IMG/VR virus record: IMGVR_UViG_3300031997_000006
Location: 1 to 64,000 of that record
Direction: 5' to 3' (one strand)
DNA from: a virus
DNA length: 64,000 nt
In this document: in pieces, positions 10,401-20,840 of the stretch
Layout: each line of letters starts with the position of its first letter
How positions within the stretch are numbered: position 1 is the stretch's first letter
Made by a program: the position numbers and the translations under genes
The notes under the pieces: generated by a model
Database searches by the model: none
Told to the model about the DNA's origin: nothing
Seen by the model: only the letters and a program-made list of their open reading frames with translations

Positions 10401-11751
10401 AAATCCAATAGGAATAGGATATTGCTCATCGAATGATAGTATATATGCTGCTAACTATAACACTGCCAATGTGTCTGTTATTAATCCAAATACTAATGCA
10501 GTAGTATCAACAATTAATGTTGGCTCTAACCCAATTAGTGTTACATATTGTTCTAGCAATGATAGAATATATGTCACGAATCAAGTAAGTAACTCAGTAT
10601 CTGTTATTAATCCAAGCACTAATACAGTAGTAACTACCATTAGTGGTGTTAATACCAATCCGTATTATATTTATTATTGTTCAGTTAGTGATAAAATATA
10701 TACTGCTAACTATGGCTCAAATAACGTAATGGTTATTACTCCAAGTACTAATACTGTAACAGCTACAATTACCGTAGGCACCAACCCCGCAAAAATTACA
10801 TATGCAGCCAACTCTGGGTTTTTATATGTTACAAATTATAACGGTAATTCAATATCAGTAATAAACACAACTAATAATACAGTAGTAGCTACCGTATCTA
10901 GTATTACAACACCAATGGGTATTACATATTGTTCGAGTAACACTAGTTTATATGTTGTTGACGTTAGTGATAATACCGTAATAGTAATTAATACAATTAC
11001 ATATGCAGTAATAACAACAATTTCAGTAGGGGCAAATCCAAGAAACATTATTTATTGCCCTGCGAGTGATAGATTGTATGTAATAAATGCCGGAGGAAAT
11101 AGTGTAACAGTAATAAACCCAGGTACAAATACTGTAATTACCACAACTACAGTGGGTTATGCACCATATGACTTAGTGTATTGTTCTAGCAATAGTAGTG
11201 TGTATATAGCAAATTATAATGCAAACCCAATTGTGTCAGTGGTAAGCACTGGTACTAATTTGGTAACTGCATCAATAAATACAACTAACTCAACGTCTTG
11301 GAACATAACTCGATCAGGTACTACATTAACATTTTCAACAGCAGGTGTTGTGAGATACTCGACTACTGATACAAACTTCTCGTATGGTATTAGAGCAAGA
11401 TATACCGATACTACAAATGGAACATATACATTTAATGTAAATCCAATAACTGTTGATTCTTGTGGTACTGGATATTATGTAGGATTAGGAAATAGTATAA
11501 CTGGAACAGGTATTCACAATACAAAACAATTACGTTCAAGTTTAGTAAATTCAACAGATATTACAATTAACGGAACACCATTAGCATCATATGTTTCATA
11601 TCCACAAAATGCACCAGCTGCAGGTGGAGCGGTGATGTGTCCAGAAGAAGGATTAATGTTTTTTAACTCAGCTGATGTTGGTAAAACAGTTGCAGGTTCA
11701 TATATGATGATATATCAAGCGTCAACTCCGTGTAATATTATTCCTGTATAA
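7498..11751 (+). CDS. Large tail protein, paralog of 3006-6443, with inserted YVTN/YncE beta-propeller
   Basis: 1417 aa; YVTN-type repeats at about 10390-11285 are absent from the paralog; both end STPCNIIPV. Confidence 0.75.
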   Translation: MNMINIKGQVEIRVLDAVTLEVLDVKIQDNVITRKFYNDWANTTSPITTYLYISTINVPNTEDWIHVRGCDTTGFLPSGVTSPRFYAAAGADPAYIQITRRFGAPAATRQIYTVLLSTDTNTETPFTSYRASAYVTFSTPCTQTSSQILDVYYRMQASSDTTYSYNNYAYSAIQSLNALYSLSGTTVNILPSWVSPIYSHVSTASNISPTLNGAMIPNFTWGRSTGIAGTATASVNGVYGYRTISWTYTTAQGVGDVIGALSIIPNESYSNDTINRPAFTTTNITAPSGSAIQPIFSHANSTLSLTTANPFLDTIPSSGTGTLSFSGTWTTGNFPELYKIDIVTGGNVGTATYRFSKRNHVGFCGATYVSNVNGLPGMYTVTNSGATGIFKPHCGVNSTNQDAAHGFGQRIEKYDSARIISYDQTGLCRYNCITHVFEYWDSTTTPQLNVTNVRQVAVNPGDGTIWVACANTGIYQISADGTTVTNFTTTNGLPSNNCYAIDIGRANAVWAVCNGGIVTSANNGVSWTTYNSSTSPAFNSSVLNTDWSSVQYIRVDPTHVDDRMAIVRYEGATLNTTTHLIWWSRATGAVVNTTYSLAVITRRFPSTFNVSDTDGLWVMINAINSISMLTYGTSTSAFISSVTNMLYSVMFVRNSANTADQILLISSSNRYDWATNLIAQGGYTTYFSKVITILDSSLAVVASVTHPNTAQYPSGWLDTIVGYVVYLGNGMIAGLNATWSGTYGAIYSISGDGTPTGGSALEYLMWQKYGWNGSAWVLGNAGAKTTHSDAQLMSSGINAIFTNGATGTSFITGDYYTGGVNDGVLKNNAMTLSGSADFYVIPAQNLTDFDGVIRTYPWTTGSVVWRKAHSALTVNEDNSLTNNIPYRSYSMSAGSKNRLFGDFSISGTFTANSNQYYSIGLRLNHISEIPYLWSTFNNEWSFALAGTAITVTNSVGTVVATPPAMTNPNPIGIGYCSSNDSIYAANYNTANVSVINPNTNAVVSTINVGSNPISVTYCSSNDRIYVTNQVSNSVSVINPSTNTVVTTISGVNTNPYYIYYCSVSDKIYTANYGSNNVMVITPSTNTVTATITVGTNPAKITYAANSGFLYVTNYNGNSISVINTTNNTVVATVSSITTPMGITYCSSNTSLYVVDVSDNTVIVINTITYAVITTISVGANPRNIIYCPASDRLYVINAGGNSVTVINPGTNTVITTTTVGYAPYDLVYCSSNSSVYIANYNANPIVSVVSTGTNLVTASINTTNSTSWNITRSGTTLTFSTAGVVRYSTTDTNFSYGIRARYTDTTNGTYTFNVNPITVDSCGTGYYVGLGNSITGTGIHNTKQLRSSLVNSTDITINGTPLASYVSYPQNAPAAGGAVMCPEEGLMFFNSADVGKTVAGSYMMIYQASTPCNIIPV

Positions 11752-11818
11752 AGGAAACATATAAATAGCTACCTTCTCATAAATACAAGTATATTAAAAA
11801 TTATGAGAAGGTATTCCT

Positions 11819-14800
11819 ATGTATGTAACAATCCGTCAAGGTATAATTAAAGCCCCAACTAACTTCCTTGTATATCAAAGTGGTGTGGTTGCCATCAACA
11901 CCATGGACGCAGGGATTACAATAACTGCATCTCACGGTGATGCTGAGTATCTAATAACAGAAGATAGAAAAACATCAATAACCCCTGCGTGGATTCAAAT
12001 ATTTTCACCATTAGAGACATATTGGTTATTTTGGGATATAAACACCCGAACTGCACAAATAACATACACAAGTACAACTGTTGTTCCTGTGTATCAAAAA
12101 ACCACTCCAATAACTCCTATATTGAATACTCATTGGTTTAATACTAATGATAATACAATGCGTGTGTGGGATGGTTTTGCATGGATCGAAAAAATTCGAG
12201 TACTTGCCGGTATATTAGCAAATACTACAACTTTAACATTAGCTATAGCTGGTGTATCACAATCTGGAAATAATACTCCAAGAAATTCCGGTAGTATTTT
12301 ATTTGATTCTACAAGCACACCAATAAAAAGAAATTTAAAAACCTTTTTAACAACTGAAGATACTATTTTTTATGATAGTAATAATATTAGTGCAACTAAT
12401 ATTGAAGCTAAAACAGTTTGGGCTCAAGTTATAGAAAATATTAATGCTTTCTCTGTAGTTAGTACATTATCAGATGGTACATTAAAATTAGCTAGTGCTG
12501 AAGATATTGGAATATCAAATATTGCTATGGCGATGGATAGCGCTACATTAGGTGATCATGTTAGTGTTACACTGCAAGGTAAAATTACAAATCCAGATTG
12601 GAATTGGACACAAATTAATCAACTATTGTGGTTAGATATAAATGGACAATTAACTGTTACTGATCCAAATACACTTAATCCAATAAGACCAAGTAGATCT
12701 CCAATTGCAAGAGTAATATCTATAGATTCAATTATATTTATGCCTGGGTTAATTGCTTCATCTTCACAAGTAAATAATATTATAGGATTAGCGTCAACTA
12801 TTAGATTTGGTGCAACTAAATTATCAGTAGATGCAATATTACCAATTAATCCTATAGTTGTTGGTAATAATGATCCGAGAATGACTAATGCGAGAGTTGC
12901 ATTACCACATGTTCATACAGCATTAAGTATACCAACAACAGCTCATAATTCATTAATAGCCTCTGATGTACAAAGTGTATTAAATTCATTGTATGATACA
13001 AAAATAGATTCATCTGGAGGTACAATTTCAGGAATATTATCTATTTTACAAACACCAACTAGTCCATATCATGCTGTTAATAAACAATATGTTGATAATG
13101 CAAGTTCCGGTTTTATGTTCGTTGATCCTGTGGTAGCAGCATCAACAACACATATTCCAGTATTAGCAGGATTAACAACTATTGATGGTATAGAATTGTC
13201 TGCAAACGATAGAGTATTAATTAAAAATCAAAATAATAATATAAAAAATGGAATATATACTGCTTCTGTTAGTGCTTGGACTCGTACAACAGATACTGAT
13301 GAAGTTTTAGAAGTACATACGGGATTATACGTTTTTGTACAGAGTGGAAGTATTAATAGTCAAACAGGATGGGTATTAACAACTCCAAATCCAATTATAC
13401 CTGATGAGTCTAGTATGATATTTGTCCAATTTAATGGATTAGGTCAAATAACTGTAGGTAATGGTTTATTAAAAACTGGAAATAGTATATCAGCTATAAC
13501 TGTAACGAATTCAAGACTTGTGTCAACACTTAGTGGATTAGATTTAGTTACTACTGGAGTTGTACCAAGTACATATAATAATGTAGTGGTAGATTTATAC
13601 GGACGAGTTACAAGTGGAAATAATGTTAGTTACTTAACAGATAATAATATTGTTACATATACAGGAGATGTAACTGGAACTGGTAATGCTATAGTTGAGC
13701 TAACATTAAGTAGTGTTGGTACCCCTGGCACATACACATCAGTAACAACAGACATAAATGGTCGTGTAATAAGTGGATCGAATCCATCGTCAGGTGTGAC
13801 ACCTGGAACATATAATACAGTAACTGTAAATGATACAGGTTTAGTAATTCTTGCTGAAAATACAATATATTTAACAGATAATCAACAAATTACATTATCT
13901 GGAGATATAACAGGTAGTGGTACAGTAAACATAGAAACAACATTAAGTAATAATGGTGTCATGCCTGGTACTTATCGAATTGTTACAGTTGATGCAACTG
14001 GCCGTGTTACGAGTGGAGACACTGGAGCAACAGGTATTACTCCAGGTACATATAATAGCTTAACTATAAATGATTGGGGAAATGCAACTGCAGGTACACA
14101 AGAACCTTATATTACAGATGTAACTTTAAGTGGTGATGTGACCGGAGCTGGTGCTGGATCTGTTACAACAACATTAAGTAATACTGGAGTTACTGCTAAC
14201 ACATATGGTAGTTCAATGTCAGTTCCTGTAATTACAGTTGACGCTAAAGGTAGAATAACAGGGTTAACAACAACTGTAATTAGTGGTAATCCTGGTGGAA
14301 TATATACTAATATTATTGGAGATTCTAATTTTAGCAGTGTAACACTATTATTACACGGAGATGGAACTAATGGATCTACAACATTTACCGATAGTTCATT
14401 ATTAAATAAAACAATTACTCGATCTGGAAATGCACAAATAAGTACAACTAACTCCAAGTTTGGAGGAGCTAGTATATTATTTGATGGAGGTGGAGATTAT
14501 TTGAATATACCAACATCTGCTGATTTTGCGTTTGGTACTGGAGATTTTACTATTGAAAGTTGGTTATATCCTGTTTTTCCTCCTAATGGATATCCTATAT
14601 GCATATATACAAATCAACAACCTATGGATGTTGGACTATCTATAGCACAATACGGTAATAATAATATATATATTAATGTAGCTGGATCGTATATTAACTC
14701 AGGACCTAATACTCTTCCTGATAATACTTGGACTCATTTTGCATTAACCAGATCTGGAACAAATTTAAGATTATTTATAAATGGTACTCAAGTAGCAACT

Positions 14801-15712
14801 ACTGTTACTAATAGTACTAATGTCACATGTGCTCCCAATTATCCTACTATTGGTGGTAATAGTAGTGGATGGGATTATAAAGGATATATGGATGACTTTA
14901 GAGTAACTAAAGGTATCGCTCGTTATACTTCTAATTTTACTGCACCTACTGCAGCATTTTCTAATGTTGCAGTTATTGGTACACTCACATCTATTCAATT
15001 TAATAATAATGGTGTTTTAGGTGGGTCATCAAGCTTTATTTGGGATAATACTAATAATTATCTTGGAGTTAATAAATCAACACCTACTCAAGCACTTGAT
15101 GTTGTTGGTAATATAACAGCAACTGGCACTTTAGTTTTAGGAACTCCACTAGCGACAACACAAGGTGGTACTGGATTATCAACATTAGGAACAGGACTTC
15201 AAGTTTTAAGAACAAATACAGGTGCAACTGGACTTGAATGGGCTACTGTGTCTAGTGGTAGTATTTCCGTAACTAATGATACAACTACAAACAATACATG
15301 TTACCCAACATTTAGTACTACAACATCAGGAGTTGTAACAACTTTAGAAGTATCTGATACACAATTAACATTTAATCCAAGTACAGGAACATTATTTGCA
15401 ACTAACATGGCAACATCTTCTGATAAAACATTAAAAGAAAATATTGTGACCATAATAAATGGTTTAGATATTATCAATCAAATTGAACCAAGACAATTTA
15501 ACTGGAAGCGAACTGGTGAAGTAGGATATGGTGTTGTTGCTCAAGAAATTGAAAACTTATTACCAGAACTGGTATACGAAGGTAGTGAATATAAGTCAGT
15601 AAACTATAATTACATAGTTGGATTCTTGATTTCAGCGGTTAAGGATTTATCTCAACAAGTTGAAAATAGTTCAGCAAAAATTGAGTATTTATTGTCTCAA
15701 TTACCAAAATAA
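11819..15712 (+). CDS. Tail fibre with LamG/ConA domain and C-terminal S74 intramolecular chaperone
   Basis: VTVDAKGR repeats, LLLHGDG...TKGIARYT LamG domain, SDKTLKENI...GVVAQE chaperone. Confidence 0.85.
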   Translation: MYVTIRQGIIKAPTNFLVYQSGVVAINTMDAGITITASHGDAEYLITEDRKTSITPAWIQIFSPLETYWLFWDINTRTAQITYTSTTVVPVYQKTTPITPILNTHWFNTNDNTMRVWDGFAWIEKIRVLAGILANTTTLTLAIAGVSQSGNNTPRNSGSILFDSTSTPIKRNLKTFLTTEDTIFYDSNNISATNIEAKTVWAQVIENINAFSVVSTLSDGTLKLASAEDIGISNIAMAMDSATLGDHVSVTLQGKITNPDWNWTQINQLLWLDINGQLTVTDPNTLNPIRPSRSPIARVISIDSIIFMPGLIASSSQVNNIIGLASTIRFGATKLSVDAILPINPIVVGNNDPRMTNARVALPHVHTALSIPTTAHNSLIASDVQSVLNSLYDTKIDSSGGTISGILSILQTPTSPYHAVNKQYVDNASSGFMFVDPVVAASTTHIPVLAGLTTIDGIELSANDRVLIKNQNNNIKNGIYTASVSAWTRTTDTDEVLEVHTGLYVFVQSGSINSQTGWVLTTPNPIIPDESSMIFVQFNGLGQITVGNGLLKTGNSISAITVTNSRLVSTLSGLDLVTTGVVPSTYNNVVVDLYGRVTSGNNVSYLTDNNIVTYTGDVTGTGNAIVELTLSSVGTPGTYTSVTTDINGRVISGSNPSSGVTPGTYNTVTVNDTGLVILAENTIYLTDNQQITLSGDITGSGTVNIETTLSNNGVMPGTYRIVTVDATGRVTSGDTGATGITPGTYNSLTINDWGNATAGTQEPYITDVTLSGDVTGAGAGSVTTTLSNTGVTANTYGSSMSVPVITVDAKGRITGLTTTVISGNPGGIYTNIIGDSNFSSVTLLLHGDGTNGSTTFTDSSLLNKTITRSGNAQISTTNSKFGGASILFDGGGDYLNIPTSADFAFGTGDFTIESWLYPVFPPNGYPICIYTNQQPMDVGLSIAQYGNNNIYINVAGSYINSGPNTLPDNTWTHFALTRSGTNLRLFINGTQVATTVTNSTNVTCAPNYPTIGGNSSGWDYKGYMDDFRVTKGIARYTSNFTAPTAAFSNVAVIGTLTSIQFNNNGVLGGSSSFIWDNTNNYLGVNKSTPTQALDVVGNITATGTLVLGTPLATTQGGTGLSTLGTGLQVLRTNTGATGLEWATVSSGSISVTNDTTTNNTCYPTFSTTTSGVVTTLEVSDTQLTFNPSTGTLFATNMATSSDKTLKENIVTIINGLDIINQIEPRQFNWKRTGEVGYGVVAQEIENLLPELVYEGSEYKSVNYNYIVGFLISAVKDLSQQVENSSAKIEYLLSQLPK

Positions 15713-15777
15713 TATCGACCCCGTTGTGTATTCAGGATAAATAATATAAGCAACTAATAAAAAAGAGCGTAAATTAG

Positions 15778-15806
15778 TTGCTTATAGCTCTAAAAGCACA
15801 TATAAT
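15778..15806 (+). promoter_or_regulatory. sigma70-like promoter of the SSB gene
   Basis: TTGCTT-17-TATAAT; the -35 lies in a 13-bp inverted repeat (ATAAGCAACTAAT / ATTAGTTGCTTAT). Confidence 0.7.
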
Positions 15807-15828
15807 ATTTTTCATGTGCTAAACAGCA

Positions 15829-15920
15829 CCCGCAATGGACTTGTGGGATTATAAGTCAAGATATTTTGACAGTTCATTTTATGATTTTTTAATTTAATTT
15901 AATTTTTTGGAGTATCAATT
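15829..15920 (+). promoter_or_regulatory. Gene-32-like translational operator (H-type pseudoknot plus U/A-rich tract)
   Basis: S1 CCCGC 15829-33 / GTGGG 15843-47; S2 GACTT 15838-42 / AAGTC 15853-57; TTTAA repeats before GGAG SD. Confidence 0.6.
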
Positions 15921-16820
15921 ATGAGTAAGTTTAATTTAGCAACACTTAAAGCAAATTTCACAGCTAAATCTAGCGGTGAATCATCAGGTAATAATAATTA
16001 TTATCCATTCTGGGAAATGGCAATAGGTAATGTTGCAAAAATCAGATTTTTACCTGATTTAAATGAAGACAATCCATTAGGGTTTTTAGTCAAAAAAATG
16101 TATCATGAATTAGTTATCAACGGCGAAAAGAAAAAAGTAGCTTGTTTGAAACAATATGATCCAACAAACGAATGTCCGATTTGTAAAGCAGCTGCTGCTT
16201 ATTACAAATCTGAAGGTAAAGACAGCCCAAATGGAAAAAAATATTATCGTAAATTGCAATATCTTGCACAAGTTTTAATTTTAGAAGATCCGATTACACC
16301 AAATACCGAAACAGGTGAAACATACAAAAATACAGTTAAATATGTACAATTAGGTACAAAGATTTATGATTGTATTAAAGATGCATTTGAGTCTGGTGAA
16401 TTTGATGAAATGCCCATTGAATATAATGGTGGTACAAACTTTATTATTAAAAAAACCCAATCTGGCGATTATGCTGATTATTCACGCAGTAAATTTGAAA
16501 ACAAACCATCTAATTTAGATAAAAACACTATTGAATTAGTTACATCATCTTTAGTTGACTTAACATCTTTATTACCTGCAAATCCAGGATATGAAAAAGT
16601 AGAAGCGATGTTTCATGCAGCATTAAATGGTGTTGATTATAGTCAAGGTGATGATGAGGAAGATGATGAGCCAATTACACCACCTACCACCAAAGTAAAA
16701 TCAACTAATAAATCTACTACGAATTCAACTCCTGTTGCAGAAGAAACTGATGATGCAGTTGATGAAGAAGCTGAACAAATTCTTGCGTCTTTACGTGCAC
16801 GTAGACCTGTTACTCAATAA
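15921..16820 (+). CDS. Single-stranded DNA-binding protein, T4 gp32-like
   Basis: IRFLP motif, H..C..CPIC zinc site, acidic C-terminus, adjacent to uvsX. Confidence 0.85.
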   Translation: MSKFNLATLKANFTAKSSGESSGNNNYYPFWEMAIGNVAKIRFLPDLNEDNPLGFLVKKMYHELVINGEKKKVACLKQYDPTNECPICKAAAAYYKSEGKDSPNGKKYYRKLQYLAQVLILEDPITPNTETGETYKNTVKYVQLGTKIYDCIKDAFESGEFDEMPIEYNGGTNFIIKKTQSGDYADYSRSKFENKPSNLDKNTIELVTSSLVDLTSLLPANPGYEKVEAMFHAALNGVDYSQGDDEEDDEPITPPTTKVKSTNKSTTNSTPVAEETDDAVDEEAEQILASLRARRPVTQ

Positions 16821-16839
16821 GTTATTTTGATTCAATTTA

Positions 16840-16876
16840 AATGTGTGCTATAGTTCAATCTATAGTACGCATTTTA
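16840..16876 (+). terminator. Hairpin followed by T-run between SSB and uvsX
   Basis: ATGTGTGCTATAG-ttcaat-CTATAGTACGCAT then TTT. Confidence 0.55.
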
Positions 16877-16895
16877 TATAAAGGAGTAAATAAAT

Positions 16896-17999
16896 ATGAC
16901 AATGGGATTTTTAAAAGACTACAGGCAAACTATAAAAAAAATGGAGGGTATATCAACTGATGCATCACCTCCAAGATATTGGTTCTCTACAGGTAATCAT
17001 GTACTTAATGGAATTATAGGTATAAGTTTTGATGATGGTATTCCACAAGGAAGAATTACCGCAATATGTGGATTTTCAGGAGCAGGTAAAAGTTTTATTT
17101 GTGGTAATATTTTAAAAGCAGCTCAAGCGGAAGGTGCGTTTGTGTTAGTTATTGATACAGAGAATGCATTAGATGAACCATATTTAACTGGAATTGGTGT
17201 TAATGTTGATGAAGATCAGTTTGCATACGCATCACCAACTACAATTCCACAAGCAGTAAAAGTGATTTCAGCATTTATGAAGGGATATAAAAAAGATTAT
17301 GGATTTAACGCTGATGCACCAAAAATAATTATATGTGTTGATAGTCTTGATATGTTGATGACACAATCTGAATATGAACATTATTTAAAAGGCGAAACAG
17401 CTGGAGACCAAGGTCAACAAATAAAACAAATTAAAGCATTTTTACGAGCAGTTGTTCAAGACATAAAAGGAACTAATGTTTCTGCTATTGTAACGAAACA
17501 AGTTTATAGAGGTCAGGGAATGTTTGCAGACCCTGCTATCGTTACAGAAGCAATGAAATATTCTTGTTCTCAAATTTTAATGGCTACAAAATTAAGATTA
17601 AAAGATGGTGATAATAAACAATTTGGTATAAGAATGAAAGTTGATGTACCTAAAACTCGATTTTGTAAACCATTTCAATCAGTTACAATTGATGTTCCAT
17701 ATGATACAGGAATGGATCCATATAGTGGATTATTTAATGCTGCTGTAAGTTTAGGAGTTGTTACAGGAAAGGGCTGGTATGAAGTAACCGGTACTGATAT
17801 TAGAGTACATGGTGAAGATAAATTAACTCCACATTTTCCAACAATACTTGAAAAATGCAAAGCAATTGAATCAAGATTTATTGAAGTAAAAGTCGATAAT
17901 GATGATATTGATATTGAAGAAATTGTAACTGCAAAAAGTAAACGTGTAAAAAAAGGTGAAGATCTCTTAAATACTCAGGATGATACGACAGAAGATTGA
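16896..17999 (+). CDS. uvsX: RecA-like recombinase
   Basis: GIPQGRIT, Walker A GFSGAGKS, IDTENA, VDSL Walker B, K.RF.KPF. Confidence 0.9.
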   Translation: MTMGFLKDYRQTIKKMEGISTDASPPRYWFSTGNHVLNGIIGISFDDGIPQGRITAICGFSGAGKSFICGNILKAAQAEGAFVLVIDTENALDEPYLTGIGVNVDEDQFAYASPTTIPQAVKVISAFMKGYKKDYGFNADAPKIIICVDSLDMLMTQSEYEHYLKGETAGDQGQQIKQIKAFLRAVVQDIKGTNVSAIVTKQVYRGQGMFADPAIVTEAMKYSCSQILMATKLRLKDGDNKQFGIRMKVDVPKTRFCKPFQSVTIDVPYDTGMDPYSGLFNAAVSLGVVTGKGWYEVTGTDIRVHGEDKLTPHFPTILEKCKAIESRFIEVKVDNDDIDIEEIVTAKSKRVKKGEDLLNTQDDTTED

Positions 18000-18014
18000 T
18001 ATATAGGTAAGAAC

Positions 18015-18395
18015 ATGCAAAATATAACTATAAAAATACAAGCTCTCTTTAATCAACGAATGAAAGATTATGAAAATATAACTGCTGATATAATTGAGTG
18101 TTTACAATTTGCAGTTGACGGAATTAAAGAATATTTTTTAACTGTTGGTGTACTTGTTCGAATAGATGATGTCATGATTGTTTCAGGAATTTTTGTGTTT
18201 GCTACAGTGGTTGAAAATACATTAGTTGAAACACCACAAGCGTTTAATGTTGGTGTTCCAACTAATGTATTATTAACTCAATCAAATATAAAAGTCTGTG
18301 AATTTTTAACTGATGAAGCTGCGAAATCAACAGCTCAACAAGAACTTAACCGTACTTATACACATTCTCCAGTATTAAAAAAACGTTTACATTAA
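18015..18395 (+). CDS. Hypothetical protein
   Basis: 126-aa ORF in operon. Confidence 0.55.
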   Translation: MQNITIKIQALFNQRMKDYENITADIIECLQFAVDGIKEYFLTVGVLVRIDDVMIVSGIFVFATVVENTLVETPQAFNVGVPTNVLLTQSNIKVCEFLTDEAAKSTAQQELNRTYTHSPVLKKRLH

Positions 18396-18396
18396 T

Positions 18397-18858
18397 ATGA
18401 ATATAACATTAGATTTAATTATTAAAGATATAGCTAATGTGGATAGTGTATTGCAATATTATAGGGACGAGTTAGTGGATTTTAATACTCATCTACAAAT
18501 ACAATATAAACGAATTGATACAGCTGTAATTGAACAAGCCGGTTGGTATAGTTTTTATGATACTAAACGAGCAGAATTAAAAATAATTTATGAATATATG
18601 GAACTAAAATTAGCCACAATACATAGTATAAAGTGGCAAAAATTTACAGAGAAACACGATCGAGCCTTAACTCAAAAAGATAAAGAAGTATATATTAAAC
18701 ATGATGTTGATTATATAAATATGTCAATTCTTGTGTTACATACGAAAGAAGTGTATGAACAATATATGAGTATAGTTGATAGTTTTAAAATGCGAGGATA
18801 TAGTTTAAATAACTTAACCAAATTAAAAACAACAAATCAAGAAGATTGGGTTATATAA
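18397..18858 (+). CDS. uvsY: Recombination mediator, UvsY-like
   Basis: Helical 153 aa with RALT..D...YI and F..RGY.LNN motifs; between uvsX and helicase. Confidence 0.7.
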   Translation: MNITLDLIIKDIANVDSVLQYYRDELVDFNTHLQIQYKRIDTAVIEQAGWYSFYDTKRAELKIIYEYMELKLATIHSIKWQKFTEKHDRALTQKDKEVYIKHDVDYINMSILVLHTKEVYEQYMSIVDSFKMRGYSLNNLTKLKTTNQEDWVI

Positions 18859-20840
18859 TGAATGATGTCATAAGTATACCAAAATCTGTTAATATTACAT
18901 TATTAGATGAAGTACATTGTATAATTACAGGACTCTTTCCAATTGATAAAGATTATTTACACGACAAATATAATTTACTTACTAAAGATTATCTTTGGAA
19001 TGCATATTTTAAATTAGGTGTTTGGGATGGAAAAAAAGAGTTTTTTACTAAGAAAGGAAAAACATATATCTTTTTGTTGAATAATATTATCCCAATTGTT
19101 GTCAATTTTGGTTATAAAGTAAATTTAATTGATAAACGAACAGCAGTTACTCATACACCTGATGTTGTGGTTGATGCTAATTATTTTAATCATATTATTA
19201 ATCTAAAAACAAAAACACCTTACAAATTGGCAGATCATCAAATCGAAGCTGCAAATATGGCTATAAATTTAGGTAGTGGGATTTTATTAGCTGGGACAGG
19301 TTTTGGAAAATCTCAACCATTAACATCAAAAGTACTTACTCCTAATGGATGGGTACAAATGGGTGAGATTAAAATTGATGATTTAGTAATGACTCCTAAA
19401 AATACTATAACGAAAGTAATAGGAGTATATCCACAAGGTAATACAGATGTTTATAAAATAACTTGTAATGATGGAGCTACTGCTAGTTGTTGTGCAAATC
19501 ATTTGTGGATTGTTCATAATGATAAAACTGTTGCTAAAGGTAGTAAACCGTTTACAATATGTGATACTAAAGAATTATTTACACGTTCAAATATGAGTGT
19601 ACCTCATAGACCTCAAATTCCATTAATTCCAGTTGCAATTGATTTTAATAAAAAAGAATATACAGTATCTCCGTACGTTATGGGAGCTATAATACCGTTT
19701 TTATCTAAAGAATGTCAAGAATTAGTGATATTGGAGGGAATACCTAATAATATATTATCAAGATTACAATATAATCTTAGTTCTTATGGTATAGATGTTC
19801 ATTGGATGCGTGATAACTTATATCGTTTATGTTCTAATAATGAAAATGTTGAAGATATTAATAATATAATTGATTTACAACTTGATTATAATAATATTAA
19901 AATACCTGATGAATACATATACAGTACTTCAGCAGTACGTGCACTGTTTCTGAAAGGATTGTGTGATACATGTGGTAATATAACAAATATAGGTAGTATA
20001 AGTGTTATTAAGATTAAAGAATCATTAGCATTTCAAATTCAAGAAATGGTATGGTTACAAGGTGGAGCTTGTAAAGTTAGTTCATTTGCAATTACTATAC
20101 ATCATAAAGATCCCTGTGCGTTTTTTAGTAATATGAAATATGTTACAAATTATCTTAAGCATAGTAGTGATGCACACGGAAATAATTTGATGCATAGTAG
20201 GCGAGTTGATTATGTACAATTAGTTTCAAACGAACCAACACAATGTATATTAGTTGAAGACTCAGATCATTTATACATAACAGATAATTGTTTAATAACT
20301 CATAATACTATATTAAACGGTGTATTAATTGACATATATGGAAAACTTGGATGTAAAACAATTACAGTAGTCCCATCAAGTACATTAGTTACTCAAACTT
20401 TAAAACAGTTTGATATATTACAATTAGATGTTGGGCAATATGATGGTACAATAAAAGACCTTAACCATCAACATATTGTATCTACTTGGCAAACATTACA
20501 AAATAATCCAAATTTGATAAGATTGTTTCAAGTAATTATATCAGATGAGTGTGTACATCCTAGTACTAAAATTAAAACAGATATTGGTGAAGTATATATA
20601 AAAGATTTAAGTGTTGGTGATTTAGTATTAACATATAATGAATATACAAAATGTCAAGAATATAAACCAGTTAAAAAAATATACAAAAATTTACCAAAAA
20701 TACAAATTGAAAAAATATTTAAAATTACATTAGATAATAATAAAGAGTTAATTATTACAGGAAATCATAAAGTATTAACAGATAGTGGTTGGAAGCGGGT
20801 TGATGCATTAACATTAACAGATCAAGTACTATGTTTTTAG
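18858..20840 (+). CDS. uvsW: UvsW-like SF2 helicase N-part: N-extein, cis-intein, mid-extein, split-intein N-half
   Basis: GVWDG, Walker A GTGFGK|..|T, STWQ, ISDE followed by C1 of IntN; ATG overlaps the uvsY stop. Confidence 0.9.
   Translation: MNDVISIPKSVNITLLDEVHCIITGLFPIDKDYLHDKYNLLTKDYLWNAYFKLGVWDGKKEFFTKKGKTYIFLLNNIIPIVVNFGYKVNLIDKRTAVTHTPDVVVDANYFNHIINLKTKTPYKLADHQIEAANMAINLGSGILLAGTGFGKSQPLTSKVLTPNGWVQMGEIKIDDLVMTPKNTITKVIGVYPQGNTDVYKITCNDGATASCCANHLWIVHNDKTVAKGSKPFTICDTKELFTRSNMSVPHRPQIPLIPVAIDFNKKEYTVSPYVMGAIIPFLSKECQELVILEGIPNNILSRLQYNLSSYGIDVHWMRDNLYRLCSNNENVEDINNIIDLQLDYNNIKIPDEYIYSTSAVRALFLKGLCDTCGNITNIGSISVIKIKESLAFQIQEMVWLQGGACKVSSFAITIHHKDPCAFFSNMKYVTNYLKHSSDAHGNNLMHSRRVDYVQLVSNEPTQCILVEDSDHLYITDNCLITHNTILNGVLIDIYGKLGCKTITVVPSSTLVTQTLKQFDILQLDVGQYDGTIKDLNHQHIVSTWQTLQNNPNLIRLFQVIISDECVHPSTKIKTDIGEVYIKDLSVGDLVLTYNEYTKCQEYKPVKKIYKNLPKIQIEKIFKITLDNNKELIITGNHKVLTDSGWKRVDALTLTDQVLCF
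19311..20306 (+). mobile_element. Cis-intein (332 aa) in helicase Walker A with degenerate LAGLIDADG domain
   Basis: Starts SQPLTSKVLTPNGW, ends CLITHN, +1 Thr. Confidence 0.9.
20550..20840 (+). mobile_element. Split intein N-half (96 aa)
   Basis: CVHPSTKI block A, ITGNHKV block B, GWKR, then stop. Confidence 0.9.
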
